Origin: a virus
Taxonomy: Duplodnaviria; Heunggongvirae; Uroviricota; Caudoviricetes
Strand: one strand, 5' to 3'
Length of the DNA: 23,379 nucleotides
Virus record (IMG/VR): IMGVR_UViG_2802429220_000004
Shown: positions 1 through 10,900 of the stretch, one piece after another
Position numbering within the stretch: position 1 is the first letter of the stretch
Layout of the letters: each line of letters opens with the position of its first letter
Notes under the pieces: generated by a model
The model's database searches: none
What the model saw: only the letters and a program-made list of their open reading frames with translations
What the model was told of the DNA's origin: nothing
Translations under genes and position numbers: made by a program

Positions 1-194
1 GTTCCTGCTGTCAGCCCCGACCACAAGGCTTTTCCGTGTTCTGTATTATCCGTTTCCGTTGCGGTATACGGCAGCCATACCTGCTCTCCTTTTTCATTCA
101 CCGCATCTTCAAACTGCACCTCGCAGTTTATCCCGCCATTTTCGTTATACGCAGCATTACGAACGGCAATAACACCAGTTACCGTCTCTGCCAT
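1..194 (-). CDS. Hypothetical protein, 5' part only (runs off the window); first gene downstream of the tail fiber
   Basis: ATG at 194 preceded by GGAGGA (complement of 198-203); open to the window edge; N-terminus MAETVTGVIAVRNAAYNENGGINCEVQFEDAVNEKGEQVWLPYTATETDNTEHGKALWSGLTAG; not in the ORF track because truncated; it does not resemble lambda Tfa as I recall it. Confidence 0.55.
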   Translation of the reverse strand, partial: MAETVTGVIAVRNAAYNENGGINCEVQFEDAVNEKGEQVWLPYTATETDNTEHGKALWSGLTAG

Positions 195-211
195 AACTTT
201 TTCCTCCTCGT

Positions 212-1255
212 TTATTTTATACGAATAAACAGTGACTTCCCTGTCGACATCCCTACATATCCAAGGCAACGCCATGTCCCTGACAGAGTGACAGCCGAGT
301 TGTCGAAACTTACATCAGCATCATAAGAAGATGACGGGCGCAACTGGCTGGCTGCAACACTGTCGCCATAGTCTGCTGTGCCTTCGTACATGGCATAAAC
401 CAGAGAACCTATATCCCCCGCACTGACCTGTTGAGCACCTGGTCCAGGATCGCCTTTATCACCTTTCGGACCCTGCGCACCTGCCGGGCCTGCGGCTCCC
501 GTATCCCCTTTAGGTCCCTGTGGCCCTGCCGGGCCTGCGGCTCCCGTATCCCCTTTTGGTCCCGGTGGCCCCGCCGGGCCTGCAGCTCCCGTATCCCCTT
601 TCGGTCCCTGCGGTCCTGCCGGACCTGTGGCTCCTGTATCCCCTTTTGGTCCCTGCGGCCCCGCCGGGCCTGCAGCTCCTGTATCCCCCTTGTCGCCCTT
701 CGGTCCCTGTGGACCTCCCGGGTCGCCCTGCTCACCTTTCGGGCCGGTATCCCCCTTATCGCCCTTGTCTCCTTTATCCCCCTTTGGCCCCTGTGGGCCT
801 GTATCACCCTTGTCTCCCTTCTGTCCCTGCGGACCCGTTGCTCCGGTGTCGCCTTTCGGTCCCTGTGGTCCCACCGCCGTTTCCGCTTTCCTCGCCGCTT
901 CCTCTGCCCTGCTGACAGCCGCATCCGCCGCGTCTTCCAGTTTTTTCAGCGACTCAGGGTAATAAGTGCTGTCCTGCTCACGCAGCAAAAACGCATTCAG
1001 TGTGCCCGGCTCGTCGTCTGCCATGACGTCAATCTCGCCAGCGCATGCCGGCTGACGGCCTTCCACGCACAGGGTCACACGATAACGCCCCGGCTCAACC
1101 TGCATGGTGTAACTGCCTGTTTCCCCTGGCTGACACTCCGCCACCGTGGTGACTATCACCGTCTCACTCGTTCGCGTGGCTTTCAGCTCTATGGTGCAGT
1201 CCGGTACCGGTTTTCCTGTACCATCCTTCAGCACACCTGAAATCTGTACTGACAT
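212..1255 (-). CDS. stf: Side tail fiber protein (lambda Stf-like N-terminal domain) with a central collagen-like Gly-X-Y region
   Basis: N-terminus [17 protein letters not shown]...GTLNAFL parallels lambda Stf ([17 protein letters not shown]...GTLNDFL); about 140 aa of uninterrupted G-X-Y triplets ([16 protein letters not shown]...); ATG at 1255 preceded by a G-rich SD. Confidence 0.85.
   Translation of the reverse strand: MSVQISGVLKDGTGKPVPDCTIELKATRTSETVIVTTVAECQPGETGSYTMQVEPGRYRVTLCVEGRQPACAGEIDVMADDEPGTLNAFLLREQDSTYYPESLKKLEDAADAAVSRAEEAARKAETAVGPQGPKGDTGATGPQGQKGDKGDTGPQGPKGDKGDKGDKGDTGPKGEQGDPGGPQGPKGDKGDTGAAGPAGPQGPKGDTGATGPAGPQGPKGDTGAAGPAGPPGPKGDTGAAGPAGPQGPKGDTGAAGPAGAQGPKGDKGDPGPGAQQVSAGDIGSLVYAMYEGTADYGDSVAASQLRPSSSYDADVSFDNSAVTLSGTWRCLGYVGMSTGKSLFIRIK
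446..877. repeat. Tandem 45-bp (and 9/18-bp sub-period) DNA repeats encoding the collagen-like Gly-X-Y region of the tail fiber
   Basis: Near-identical units such as ggtccctg(c/t)ggccc(c/t)gccgggcctgc(a/g)gctcc(c/t)gtatcccct recur head-to-tail; the repeat keeps several frames open on both strands. Confidence 0.85.
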
Positions 1256-1264
1256 ATTCCCCCC

Positions 1265-1293
1265 ACAAAAAAGCCCACCAGAACCGGCGGGCT
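1265..1293 (-). terminator. Terminator-like hairpin plus U-run after lom
   Basis: On the minus strand GCCCGCC-GGTTCT-GGTGGGC followed by TTTTTT. Confidence 0.5.
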
Positions 1294-1319
1294 GTCATAA
1301 CTCTGTGTTACCTGGCTAA

Positions 1320-1919
1320 TCAGAATTTATAACCGACACCCACAATGAAACCGTCAGTGCGCCAGTCGCCACTGCCGGAGCCTTCATAAGCAATATCAAT
1401 GGCCACGGATTCGGTCGGGTTAAACTGCACGCCAGCCCCCCACGCCAGTGACGTGTTGCTGTGGCGACCGTCATCACTTCCGGTCAGCACATCGTGCGTT
1501 TTCCCCTTGTTGTCAGGTACACGGAGATAATCCCCGGAAAAAGTCGACACTCGACTGTAAGCCACACCCACCATCGCATACGCGCTGAACCCTTCATTCA
1601 CGCGCACAGACGGCCCCGCCATCACGCTGAACCAGCGGTTACGAATGGAATCTTCATGCCAGCGGGTATCACTGTAACGGGTAAGCTGGCGATTCATGTC
1701 TCCTGCATAGCTGAATGACGTCACCAGCCCCAGCGTGTCCGTAAATTCATAGCGGTATTTCACGTTGAATCCGGTTAAATCATCACTGCCGGACATATCA
1801 GAATGGGTATGAAGATACCCGGCACTCAGAGTGGAGTGATTCTCTGCTGCACCCGCTGGCGCACCCGCAGCGGCCAGCCAGACGACTGCAGACATAATAA
1901 CAGCACATAATTTACGCAT
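1320..1919 (-). CDS. lom: Lom/Ail-family outer-membrane beta-barrel protein (moron)
   Basis: N-terminal signal peptide (MRKLCAVIMSAVVWLAAAGAPAGAA), C-terminal ...GVGYKF typical of OMP barrels; position directly after J as in lambda; hairpin plus U-run on both sides. Confidence 0.88.
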   Translation of the reverse strand: MRKLCAVIMSAVVWLAAAGAPAGAAENHSTLSAGYLHTHSDMSGSDDLTGFNVKYRYEFTDTLGLVTSFSYAGDMNRQLTRYSDTRWHEDSIRNRWFSVMAGPSVRVNEGFSAYAMVGVAYSRVSTFSGDYLRVPDNKGKTHDVLTGSDDGRHSNTSLAWGAGVQFNPTESVAIDIAYEGSGSGDWRTDGFIVGVGYKF

Positions 1920-1940
1920 AATTACCTCTCGCTTTTCTGC

Positions 1941-1968
1941 AATAAAAAAGGCACCATTTCTGGTGCCC
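1941..1968 (-). terminator. Terminator-like hairpin plus U-run after J, before lom
   Basis: On the minus strand GGCACCA-GAAA-TGGTGCC followed by TTTTTTATT. Confidence 0.55.
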
Positions 1969-1986
1969 TTATATGGGTTATAAAAT

Positions 1987-4900
1987 TCAGCTGATACTGA
2001 TGCCTGCGGTGGCTTTCTTCATCACCACAACCAGCAAATCGCTGATACTTGCTGTGGGATACCAGTTATTCACCAGCCATGCTGACACCGAAAACTCCAG
2101 TGTCATGTGACCGTGACCGGCAGGCATATCAATAACGCCACTGTAAATCAGCGTATTATCCAGCGCGGTACGGTTATAAATTTCAGCACCGTTTTTCCGC
2201 ACTATCAGACGGCATGAGGAGTAAATATCAGTATGCTCTCTCTCATGCTTAGCGCCACTGAATGCCACCGCCGGAATAACAATCTGCCGGTCAAACGGCT
2301 GATCGTCATAAACCCTGACGGTAATGGTCCCTGATGGCCACCGCTCCGGTGCCCGGGAGTCCCGCGGGAAAGCCTTACCCACTGTTTTGACAATATCGCC
2401 TTCAATCTGGTTGGCTGACAGTTTCCCCTTAATCTGACAGTTCTCATTAATCGTGACGTTGTTGAGCGTCCCTGAGTTCGCATTCACACTGCCACTGATA
2501 TCCGCATTTTTAGCGGTCAGCTTTCCGTCCGGTGTCAGGGAAAATGCCGGTGGATTTCCACCACTGGTAATGGTGGGGGCCGTCAGGCGTTTCAGGAACA
2601 CGTCGTTCATGAATATCTGGTTGCCCTGCGCCACAAACATCGGCGTTTCATTCCCGTTTGCCGGGTCAATAAACGCGATACGGTTAGCGGCAACCAGAAA
2701 CTGGCTCAGTTTACCGTCCTCCGTGTCCTCCATGCTGAGGCCAAGCCCGGCAACATAATGCTTACCGTCTTCGGTCTGCTCAATTCTGACGCCCCACATG
2801 GCATTCCATTTATCGTTAGCGTCTTTCCACTCTTTCGAAAACTCATCCAGTCTGCTGGCGTTATCTTCCGTCAGTTCAGCGTTTTCCAGCAGCTCTTTAC
2901 CGAGATGTGTTTTATTAATCAGCCCTTTGTAAAAATTCAGGTAGCCTTCGGCATCATCGCTGGCCCGGCCGACGGCCTCCACAAATGCCGATTTGCCCAC
3001 CAGGTTGACGCTGCGGATATAAAAATAATAATCATGGCCCGGCCTGATATTACTGGCGGCTGTCCAGTACAGCGCCGTGCCAAGATAGCGGGCGGAGGTT
3101 TCAACCTGCCTGATATCCGCAATCTGCTGTTCCGAAAACCAGAATTCAAACTGCACCGTCGGGTCATATACAGCCAGTTTCGGGACCGCCGTTATCTGAA
3201 AATACCCCGGTATCAGTTCAATGGTGGCAGGCGCTGCCGGGGCGTCAATCCGGAACGTGGTGGTGGCAGGTTCGCCCTGCTGGCCATAGCTGTTAATCGC
3301 CCTGACCGTCAGGGTGTATTCCCCGGGCGGCAGACCACTGAAACGGTGCGCCGTGTCTGCGGTGATGGCGGTGGTCACCAGGCGGCTGTTTTCACCGCTT
3401 CCGCTGGTCAGACGCAGACTGAAGCTCACACCTTTCACCACCCGCGGCGTGTCCCATTTCGCCTGCGCCAGATACTGGCCGTCTGAGGCACTCACCTCCA
3501 CCGTGAGGTGCTGCACTGCCGGAGGGATAACGCTGTTCAGGGTGCCTGACTGCGGCTCAAAGCTGGCCCCGTTATCCACGATGGCTTCTTTTTCCGGTAC
3601 GTGCTGCACCGCCGTGATGGCAAAGGTGCCATCCGTGTTTTCCCGGATGGCGACACAACGGAACAGGCGACGACGCAGTGACGGCAGGGAGAGTCCCCAC
3701 ACACCGTATGTCGCCACGCCATCAGGCAGGGTACTGACCTGTATCCGGTCCGGCGCGGGGTGTGCGGTGATGTCCACACTCATCGGCTTACCGCTGCCGT
3801 TAATCAGGTTCACCGTGGCGGTACCGGTCTCCGGCAGTGTCACCTCACGGTCCAGCGTCAGTGTGCGGCTGGCAGCGTCGATGGACAGGATACGTCCGCC
3901 GGTCAGGGTCCCGGCGTAGTCGTTATCACAGATTTCAATGATGTCTCCGGGCGTGTGCCGCAGCCCCTGTGACCCGAGCGTGAAATCCACCGTCTGCGTT
4001 TCCAGCAGTCCGGTCTTTATCACCCACAGTCCGGCACGGTGGGCCTGACCACGACTGGTGCAGCCGAACGCATCCATCTTCAGCAGGTTGCGTCCGTAGC
4101 GCAGTATGGCTTCCGGGTCTTCCACCAGTTCCGTGGAGGTCTGCCAGCCGTTCTGCGGGTCGGTGTAATTCACCTCCACTGCCGTGTGACGGTCCTTCAG
4201 GGCGCTGAAGCTGTAGCGGAACCCCACGCCGTTATCATCCACCACCACATCGCTGTTGGTGTACGGCCACACCACATCCGACGGGCGGTCCTGAACGAAC
4301 GTCAGCGTCTGGCCGTTCCATACCGGCATACAGCGCATCGCCGAGCAGAAATCGCAGAGCACATCCCATGCCTTACGCTGCTGTGACAGGTACGCATTAA
4401 ACGTCATCCGCGGCTCTGTCCCTCCGAAGCCATCCGGGACACGCTGGTCACAGTACTGCCCGATGGCATACAGCGCCCACTTGTCCACATCCGCCGCCCC
4501 CAGACGTTTTCCCATGCCGTAGCGCGGGTGAGTCAGCATGTCCCACAGGCACCAGGCCGGATTGTTGCTGTATGCCGGTTTCAGACTGCCGTCCCAGATA
4601 CCGCTGTAAGTGCGTTTTTCCGGGTCATAGTTTGACGGCACCTGGATGATGCGACCGCGGATATGGTAGTTCACCGTCATCTGCTGGCCACCGAACTGCT
4701 CCGCATCCACCTGCAGCCCCACAATGGCCGTGTTCGGGTAGCACTGTTTCACATCGATGATTTCGGTGTATGACGACCACAGCGTTCTGTTCTGCAGCTG
4801 GTCCGTGGTGCTGTCCGCCGTCTCCCTGACCATCCGGATGTTAAAGGGGCGGGGAGGCAGATTATCCAGAATCACCGACGCCAGAAACTGCGAGGTGGTC

Positions 4901-5373
4901 TTGCCGTTAATGGTGACATCCTTTTCCGTCACCCAGTTACCGTTACGCTGTAACTGAATCAGCAGCCGGACAGAAGCCGGATTACGGTCACCCTGTGAGG
5001 TTGTCTGCACCAGTGACTGTACGCCGAAGGTGACCCGCAGGCGGTCAATGTTCGCGGACGTAATGGTGCGCGTCACCGGCTTTGCCTTCGTCACTTCCAC
5101 GCCCAGTGCGGTTTCAGCTCCGGAGGACTCAAAGCCTTCCGGCGGGGTCTGCTCCTGCTCCCCGGCGCGCCAGACCGCGGTCACACCGTGTATCACGGGA
5201 TTACCGTCCGTGTCCGTCAGCGGGGTTTTGTTCACCAGGATACTCTGCAGTCCCTTCACCGGGCCTTCCACCGGTCCCTCTCCAATCGCATCAATCACGC
5301 TCATCATCTGCGTGGATTTGAGATTATCCTTTGCCTCAACCGGCGTGTGCCCCTTGCCGCCACCTTTGCCCAT
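1987..5373 (-). CDS. J: Tail tip / host specificity protein J
   Basis: Co-linear with lambda J from [22 protein letters not shown] through most of the length; start placed at the ATG for MGKG (5373) rather than the upstream alternative start the track uses (5415); the C-terminal roughly 150 aa diverge from lambda J. Confidence 0.93.
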   Translation of the reverse strand: MGKGGGKGHTPVEAKDNLKSTQMMSVIDAIGEGPVEGPVKGLQSILVNKTPLTDTDGNPVIHGVTAVWRAGEQEQTPPEGFESSGAETALGVEVTKAKPVTRTITSANIDRLRVTFGVQSLVQTTSQGDRNPASVRLLIQLQRNGNWVTEKDVTINGKTTSQFLASVILDNLPPRPFNIRMVRETADSTTDQLQNRTLWSSYTEIIDVKQCYPNTAIVGLQVDAEQFGGQQMTVNYHIRGRIIQVPSNYDPEKRTYSGIWDGSLKPAYSNNPAWCLWDMLTHPRYGMGKRLGAADVDKWALYAIGQYCDQRVPDGFGGTEPRMTFNAYLSQQRKAWDVLCDFCSAMRCMPVWNGQTLTFVQDRPSDVVWPYTNSDVVVDDNGVGFRYSFSALKDRHTAVEVNYTDPQNGWQTSTELVEDPEAILRYGRNLLKMDAFGCTSRGQAHRAGLWVIKTGLLETQTVDFTLGSQGLRHTPGDIIEICDNDYAGTLTGGRILSIDAASRTLTLDREVTLPETGTATVNLINGSGKPMSVDITAHPAPDRIQVSTLPDGVATYGVWGLSLPSLRRRLFRCVAIRENTDGTFAITAVQHVPEKEAIVDNGASFEPQSGTLNSVIPPAVQHLTVEVSASDGQYLAQAKWDTPRVVKGVSFSLRLTSGSGENSRLVTTAITADTAHRFSGLPPGEYTLTVRAINSYGQQGEPATTTFRIDAPAAPATIELIPGYFQITAVPKLAVYDPTVQFEFWFSEQQIADIRQVETSARYLGTALYWTAASNIRPGHDYYFYIRSVNLVGKSAFVEAVGRASDDAEGYLNFYKGLINKTHLGKELLENAELTEDNASRLDEFSKEWKDANDKWNAMWGVRIEQTEDGKHYVAGLGLSMEDTEDGKLSQFLVAANRIAFIDPANGNETPMFVAQGNQIFMNDVFLKRLTAPTITSGGNPPAFSLTPDGKLTAKNADISGSVNANSGTLNNVTINENCQIKGKLSANQIEGDIVKTVGKAFPRDSRAPERWPSGTITVRVYDDQPFDRQIVIPAVAFSGAKHEREHTDIYSSCRLIVRKNGAEIYNRTALDNTLIYSGVIDMPAGHGHMTLEFSVSAWLVNNWYPTASISDLLVVVMKKATAGISIS

Positions 5374-5404
5374 TGTCTCACCCTTTACTGTGATAACTGT
5401 TACG

Positions 5405-5437
5405 CACAAAAACAACAGGCATCCCGGAGGATGCCTG
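5405..5437 (-). terminator. Terminator-like hairpin about 35 nt upstream of the J start
   Basis: Perfect 9-bp stem caggcatcc/ggatgcctg with loop cgga; on the minus strand followed by TTGTTTTTGTG. Confidence 0.45.
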
Positions 5438-5566
5438 TATCATGACTGAATAAAAATTCTGAATTTCTTCACATTCTGAAAAAAAAGACTGTTGCGCTGA
5501 TAAATACGCTGCGTTACTTTTTAGTGCCTGAAAAATAACTCCATAACGTTAATCTTCATCGTTCTC

Positions 5567-5600
5567 TCCCGCAGCTCCGCGATCACTGCGGGATTTTTTT
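5567..5600 (+). terminator. Plus-strand terminator-like hairpin plus T7 run just past the 3' end of I
   Basis: tcccgcag-(11-nt loop)-ctgcggga followed by ttttttt on the plus strand. Confidence 0.4.
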
Positions 5601-5607
5601 ATTCTTT

Positions 5608-6288
5608 TTACCCCTGCCGCCCGATAACCACGACCTTTCCGCCCCCGCCTTCATCACGGGTGCTGATGTCCTGGGATATACGGCGGGAGCCAACCAGCAT
5701 TTCCCCGTAAGGCACCGGCATCGGGTTCCCCTGGGCAATCATGTTATCCAGCGAGGAAAAGTACGTGTTCTGTCTGCCGTTATCCGTTGCGCGGTAATCC
5801 GGTGTTTTTGCCTTCGGGGCCAGCATCTGGGCCACACCGCCCAGAATCATGCTGGCTCCCAGTGAAAACAGCATCGTGGTGGCAGAAAAACCGCCGGCAC
5901 TCAGGGCTGTACCCCATAACGCCATCGAGGCACCGGCAGTGAAGAAAGAGCCCACGATGGCTGCCGCCCCCAGCACAATCTGCAGTCCACCCTTTCCGGC
6001 CCCGGCCAGTCGCGGCACAATGTGGATGACCGTTCCCTCACCCAGCTGTTCGTGAAGACGGGCGTACACCGCCTCCGGTGCCGTGTCCTCACCGCGAATA
6101 CGTATCTGGTACCAGCCTTCGTTCATCTGACGGCGGAATCCCGGCATCTGCATCGACAGGGCACGGATGGCTTCCGCTGCCGTGTTCACATACAGGCTGA
6201 GGCGGCGGCCAAATCGTTGCAAATCCCCGTGAAGGCAGATGCGTGCCAGTGGCGGTGACGCCAGACAGAATGCGTTCGTCGTTGCCAT
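5608..6288 (-). CDS. I: Tail assembly protein I
   Basis: Strong similarity to lambda I (…RICLHGDLQRFGRR…, glycine-rich hydrophobic middle, C-terminal …GGKVVVIGRQG). Confidence 0.9.
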   Translation of the reverse strand: MATTNAFCLASPPLARICLHGDLQRFGRRLSLYVNTAAEAIRALSMQMPGFRRQMNEGWYQIRIRGEDTAPEAVYARLHEQLGEGTVIHIVPRLAGAGKGGLQIVLGAAAIVGSFFTAGASMALWGTALSAGGFSATTMLFSLGASMILGGVAQMLAPKAKTPDYRATDNGRQNTYFSSLDNMIAQGNPMPVPYGEMLVGSRRISQDISTRDEGGGGKVVVIGRQG

Positions 6289-6929
6289 TTTTCGGAATAC
6301 CTCTCCCGTTTACTCAGTTGTTCAGGCAGATGGTGAAGCAGTTCACCGTTGCCGCAGTAAATGGCGGCATGATTGGCCACCGATGCGCCAAAGCAGCACA
6401 GCAGGATATCGCCCGCCTGTGCAGAGGACAGGGGCACCCGGTAAAAGCCTGTGACCGCCATATTGTCCAGGTAAAGGTTCTGACCGTTGCGCCACCAGTC
6501 ATCCTCACGCACAAAATCCGGCAGCGTTATCCCCGCCAGATGGTATGCATCCCGGAACAGGGTGTAACAGTCCGTCACCCCGTGCTCAAAACGACGCCCA
6601 GTCAGGTGCGGCACACAGCGGAATTTGTGAATTTCCCCCCGGCAGACCAGCCACCAGGGCAGGGCACTCTTTATCTGCAGCCGCCGGTCCGCCTCGCTCA
6701 GCCAGGGCAGACCACCGGGGTGGCTGTGAACCAGCGCCACAATCTCCCCCTGCATCTCTGCCTGCAGCCAGTCTTCCGGCGCAATACGAAAATACGCCTC
6801 CGGCTCTGCGGAGATATTCACGCAGGGCTGGTACCGTTCGCCCTCCGGGGTGCCTATCACGAAGCCGCACAACTCCGCAGGCGCACACCGCCGGGCATGC
6901 ACCAGAATCGCTGATTCAGTCTGTGTCAT
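6186..6929 (-). CDS. K: Tail assembly protein K (JAB/MPN metalloprotease-like plus NlpC/P60-like domains)
   Basis: JAMM-like motif VALVHSHPGGLPWLSEAD, downstream Cys/His of an NlpC/P60-type fold; start set at the ATG for MTQTESAIL (6929), just after the L stop; 3' end overlaps the I start. Confidence 0.85.
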   Translation of the reverse strand: MTQTESAILVHARRCAPAELCGFVIGTPEGERYQPCVNISAEPEAYFRIAPEDWLQAEMQGEIVALVHSHPGGLPWLSEADRRLQIKSALPWWLVCRGEIHKFRCVPHLTGRRFEHGVTDCYTLFRDAYHLAGITLPDFVREDDWWRNGQNLYLDNMAVTGFYRVPLSSAQAGDILLCCFGASVANHAAIYCGNGELLHHLPEQLSKRERYSEKWQRRTHSVWRHRHWHASAFTGICNDLAAASACM

Positions 6930-6939
6930 AAAACAGGAT

Positions 6940-7638
6940 TTACTGCGAAAGTTTATTGATGGAAAGGAAACCGCCAAAATTAGCCACCATGCCGCGCATC
7001 TCACACCCGCGCATGCACTTGCTGCATCTGTCCTTACGGATATCGGTGGTGGGTTTATCGAACTCATCCGCCACAGCCCCGCCCGTGTAACCACACTCAT
7101 CAGAGCGGTAGGTCCACATACAGGTATTCGCCAGCATAATGCGACCGGGAAACAGCGCCCCGTCCGTCTCCGTCGGTGTCGCCAGCACAAACGAGGCTGT
7201 CATGGCCGTCAGCTCTGACATCTGCTCCACCACCCAGCGGTCGCTCAGCTCCTGCTCCGGGTCCGCTTCCGGATTGCCCGCCACAAAATTCACCGCATCC
7301 AGAAAACGGGCATACACCCGGCGGCGGACCACCGTTGCCCCCACCAGGCTCTGCAGGTCCTCCGCCATCCCGGTGACCAGACCAAACAGATTGGACACCG
7401 TCAGCGACGGGCGGGCACTGCTGCCCTTCCCGTTCATCTCAAAACCGCTGCCGTCAATCGGGTATACCTGATATTGCCGCCCCTGCCAGGTGACCGCCTC
7501 CCCTTTTTCATTCAGCTCATTGCAGAAAAAATAGCGCTCACCGCCCTGCACCGTCAGGTCAATTTCCCAGAGCACCACCCGCGGTGACTGCTCTGATTTA
7601 ACCGACTCGTTCAGGCTTTCTTCATGAATATTCTGCAT
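6940..7638 (-). CDS. L: Minor tail protein L
   Basis: Co-linear with lambda L including the C-terminal cysteine cluster (…DECGYTGG…CSKCMRGC…) and …NFGGFLSINKLSQ. Confidence 0.9.
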   Translation of the reverse strand: MQNIHEESLNESVKSEQSPRVVLWEIDLTVQGGERYFFCNELNEKGEAVTWQGRQYQVYPIDGSGFEMNGKGSSARPSLTVSNLFGLVTGMAEDLQSLVGATVVRRRVYARFLDAVNFVAGNPEADPEQELSDRWVVEQMSELTAMTASFVLATPTETDGALFPGRIMLANTCMWTYRSDECGYTGGAVADEFDKPTTDIRKDRCSKCMRGCEMRGMVANFGGFLSINKLSQ

Positions 7639-7979
7639 CAGTTCACCACCTGCTCAATCGTACAGCTGAAATCACTGTACCGGGCGTTATCCGTGACGCT
7701 CCACTCCCGGCACACCACCCTCACCGTCCGGTTATGTTTCGGCGGTCGCCACAAAAAGGCACGGTAACCACCATGCCAGGATAAAAATTCATCCAGCCAG
7801 CGCCGGGTTGACTCATCCGTCACCCGGAACACCGCCTGAAACGTCTTCAGTTGAGGATTCAGCCCTGTGGGGCGACGCTGTTCATAACCGTCACCAAACC
7901 GTACCCTCGCCACCGACGGTTTCTCACTCACCTGCATCCCTTCACGCGGGACCAGATGCAGCGTTTTTATCTCAGCCAC
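7638..7979 (-). CDS. M: Minor tail protein M
   Basis: …VRFGDGYEQRRPTGLN… matches lambda M; GTG start at 7979 preceded by GGAGGAA; stop overlaps the L start (TGATG). Confidence 0.85.
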   Translation of the reverse strand: MAEIKTLHLVPREGMQVSEKPSVARVRFGDGYEQRRPTGLNPQLKTFQAVFRVTDESTRRWLDEFLSWHGGYRAFLWRPPKHNRTVRVVCREWSVTDNARYSDFSCTIEQVVN

Positions 7980-10900
7980 TCAGCATTCCTCCGTCACGTC
8001 GCATGGACAGCATCACCGCCTGCACCCGCTGGTCAATCAGCTGCACAAGACTGCCTGCCGCCTCCGGCCCTATCTGGCCATTAGTCCCGTCATTCTGAAT
8101 GGCGATATGGTAGACCGGGGAATACACCAGACCCGCACTGCCGTTCATACTGCCCACCGCTCGCACACCCAGCGAGCCATCCGCCGCCCGGGTCAGGGGC
8201 ATAATGGCTTCAGGACCGGCCTCCCCCATCAGTCCCGCCCCTTTTGCAAAGGCAAAGTACGTGGGCGTATCCACAATACTGTTGCTGTACGCACTCAGGT
8301 TTGCCGAGGTATACACGCCGCCTTTTGCATTGGCCACCGCCCCGCCCAGCCAGTCACCAATGCTGCCGAGAAATCCTCCCGCACCGGACATACCGTTTGC
8401 CGCCGTCTTAATTCCGTTGACAATCGCGGCATTCATAAGAACTTTTGATATTTCCTGCAGCACTGATGAGGCCCAGCTGCGCCATTCCACTTTATTTCCG
8501 TTCAGCATCTCCGTGATGTTATTCACCATCCCTGAGATACCCTCCGTCGCAAGCTGTGCTGCCTGTGAGGCGTAATCGGACGCATTATCCACCCAGTTAC
8601 TGAACCCCTCCTGCAGCCCTTTCTGCCAGTCCGCACGCTGCACATCCGATTCGGCATAAAAGGCTTCCTGCTCTTTCAGACGTTCACTCAGATACTGTGC
8701 ATTCTGCGCCAGAGCCTGTCTGTAAAAATCCTCACTGATATCCCCGGTCTGATACTGAGACTGAAGGTCCGCATCCTTCTGGCGGAAGCTGTCGCGGATC
8801 TGCTGCAACTCCCGCATGCGTTCTCTGGCTCGTTCCCCCTGCCCGTACCCCAGCAGTTCAGCATCATTCGACGCACGCGCAGCCGCATTCTCATTCTTCA
8901 GTGTCTCTTCCCGGGATCGCAACTGTTCCCGGATTTTTTGCTGGTCAATCAGGGCCGCATTACGCAGCAGCTCCTGCTTCTGCATCTCCGTCAGGGTTTT
9001 CAGTTCGCCCTGCGCAGTCTGGTATTTCAGCTTCGCCAGCTCTGTATTCTGCCCCACCAGTGCCAGTTGCTCTTTCTGCTGCTTCAGCAGCCGGGAAAAA
9101 CTGTCTTCCGCTTTTTCCGTCTCTGATTTTCCACCCCGGGATTTGGGTTTATTCGCCTCGTTATTGCGCCAGGCTTCCAGGGCATTACTGATATAACGCT
9201 GTCTCGCCTCCTGATACGGATCACCCACAAAACCGAGGTCATCCGCCGCATACCCCAGCCGGACACGCTCTTTTTCTTCCCCTTTCAGTCTGGACAGGGC
9301 CAGCTCACGCTCTGTTTTTGTCAGGGCACTCTGCTGTTTATCATCCAGAGTGGCCTGTGGCAGCCGTAACGGCACATTCACCAGTCCCTGCCGCTGCTGA
9401 AGCAGTTCATTACCCAGCCCCAGCAGACGGTTGAATTCCGTATGCTGACCATTCATAACCAGCATGGACTGGTACACCTTATTCTGCTCTGCCGCCTGCT
9501 GACGAATTAACGCCACACGACGGTCTTCCAGCCCGGCAAGCACATCCTGAATGGACTGCGCTTTTTCCTGCATCTGTGCCAGACGGGACTGCTCAACGGC
9601 AAGCTGCTCTGTTGCCTGAGCAAGCCCTTCCGTTACGGTCTTCACCGAGGTCAGATGGTTTATCATGAATCCGTCACCGGTCGTCCAGCCCGGGTTCGCC
9701 AGAACATACTGATATCCTGCGATTTTTTCCTGCAGGGATTTCACCCGACTGGCCTGTTCATCAATCAGCCGGTTCTGCTCTGTCAGCGCCGCCCGTGTTC
9801 GTCCTTCATTATCTGAGGCTTCAGGCAAAGACATTGACGGCGTTTTATGCGCGATTTCATCTATCGTCAGTGCATACTGGCGCGCAGACTCCCTGGCCTG
9901 CTCCTGATTCTGGTACAGCGTGTACCACGCTGCAGCCCCCAGCATCACCAGTCCGGGTACGCCACCAACCAGCCCCAGCGCACCGCTCATCAGACGTGAG
10001 CCCACCGCCGTTGTACTGTTCAGCGCATTCTGGGCGGCGCTTCTGGCAGCAATATTTCTGTTCAGGCGTTCCTGTGTGGCCGCCAGACGGGCCTCTGCAG
10101 CAATCTGCATCTCCGTCCCGCGGGCTGCCGCCACGGCCTGCTGAGCACGGTACACGGCTGCCCTTGCCCGCGCCGTGGCAATCTGCGTTCCCCTGAACTG
10201 TGCTTCCGCCAGTGCCACTTCATTACGTGCTGCCGTCACAAGTCCTGCCGTGGCAGACACCGCTCCGGAGGCCATATTGCCAAAGTACCGGGCAACCCCG
10301 ACGGCAACCAGCGCGCCCACGGCTGTTGCCACATTATCAATCTGTCCGGCAACACCGTTCAGCATGCCGGAGAGCGTTTTTGTCACCCCGCTGGCCTCAT
10401 TCGCACCGCCCACCCAGGCCATAAAGGCGTTTTCCACCTTTGTGATACTACTGGAAACCGTTTCCGGCATGGCCGCATATTCATCACGTAATATCCCCAG
10501 CTGGCTGATTAACGCGGGGACCACTTTATCCGCTGTCAGTTTTCCGTCATCCGCCATTGCCTTCAGATCTTTACGGGCCACGCCCATACCCGCAGCCAGT
10601 GCACGTACGATCCGGTCACCACTTTCATTGACCGAATTAAACTCCTCACCACGCAATACACCCTGCGCCAGCGCCTGACTGAACTGGGTGATCACCGAGC
10701 CCGCCTCTGCCGTACTGGCACCGGAGATTTTCAGCCCTGTCGAAATGGCCTCCGTCACCTTCAGCACATCATCAGCACTGTAACCATATTCACGCATCGA
10801 GGCAGCCGAACGGGCAAACAGGGCCGCATTATCCGAAAATGCGGTGCCTGTCCGCTGGCTGATATCCATCAGCACTTTCTGTGATGACGCAAATTCATCC

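Noticed and set aside
36-326. 96-aa plus-strand ORF
   Set aside because: Exact antisense frame of the minus-strand partial gene (1-194) and of the tail fiber 3' end; it starts with GTG and has no SD.
409-1240. Alternative-frame and antisense ORFs across the collagen repeat (409-924 minus, 431-1240, 520-915 and 627-962 plus)
   Set aside because: They are produced by the periodic Gly-X-Y repeat keeping several frames open. Only the frame with the Stf-like N-terminus, a proper start and an SD is credible.
5374-5415. Upstream extension of J to the track start ([18 protein letters not shown]…)
   Set aside because: The extension begins at a non-ATG codon with no SD. The lambda J N-terminus aligns from MGKG, which has its own SD, and the extension would run through the upstream hairpin.
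2453-5449. Numerous plus-strand ORFs (70-240 aa) inside the J gene region
   Set aside because: All lie antisense to a strongly supported, lambda-like J coding sequence. They have no SD or start context and their compositions are Arg/Pro/Ser-rich, typical of mirror-frame artefacts in GC-rich coding DNA.
6930-7190. Upstream extension of K (track start at 7190)
   Set aside because: It would overlap most of the L gene in another frame. The ATG at 6929, directly after the L stop, gives a K-sized product.
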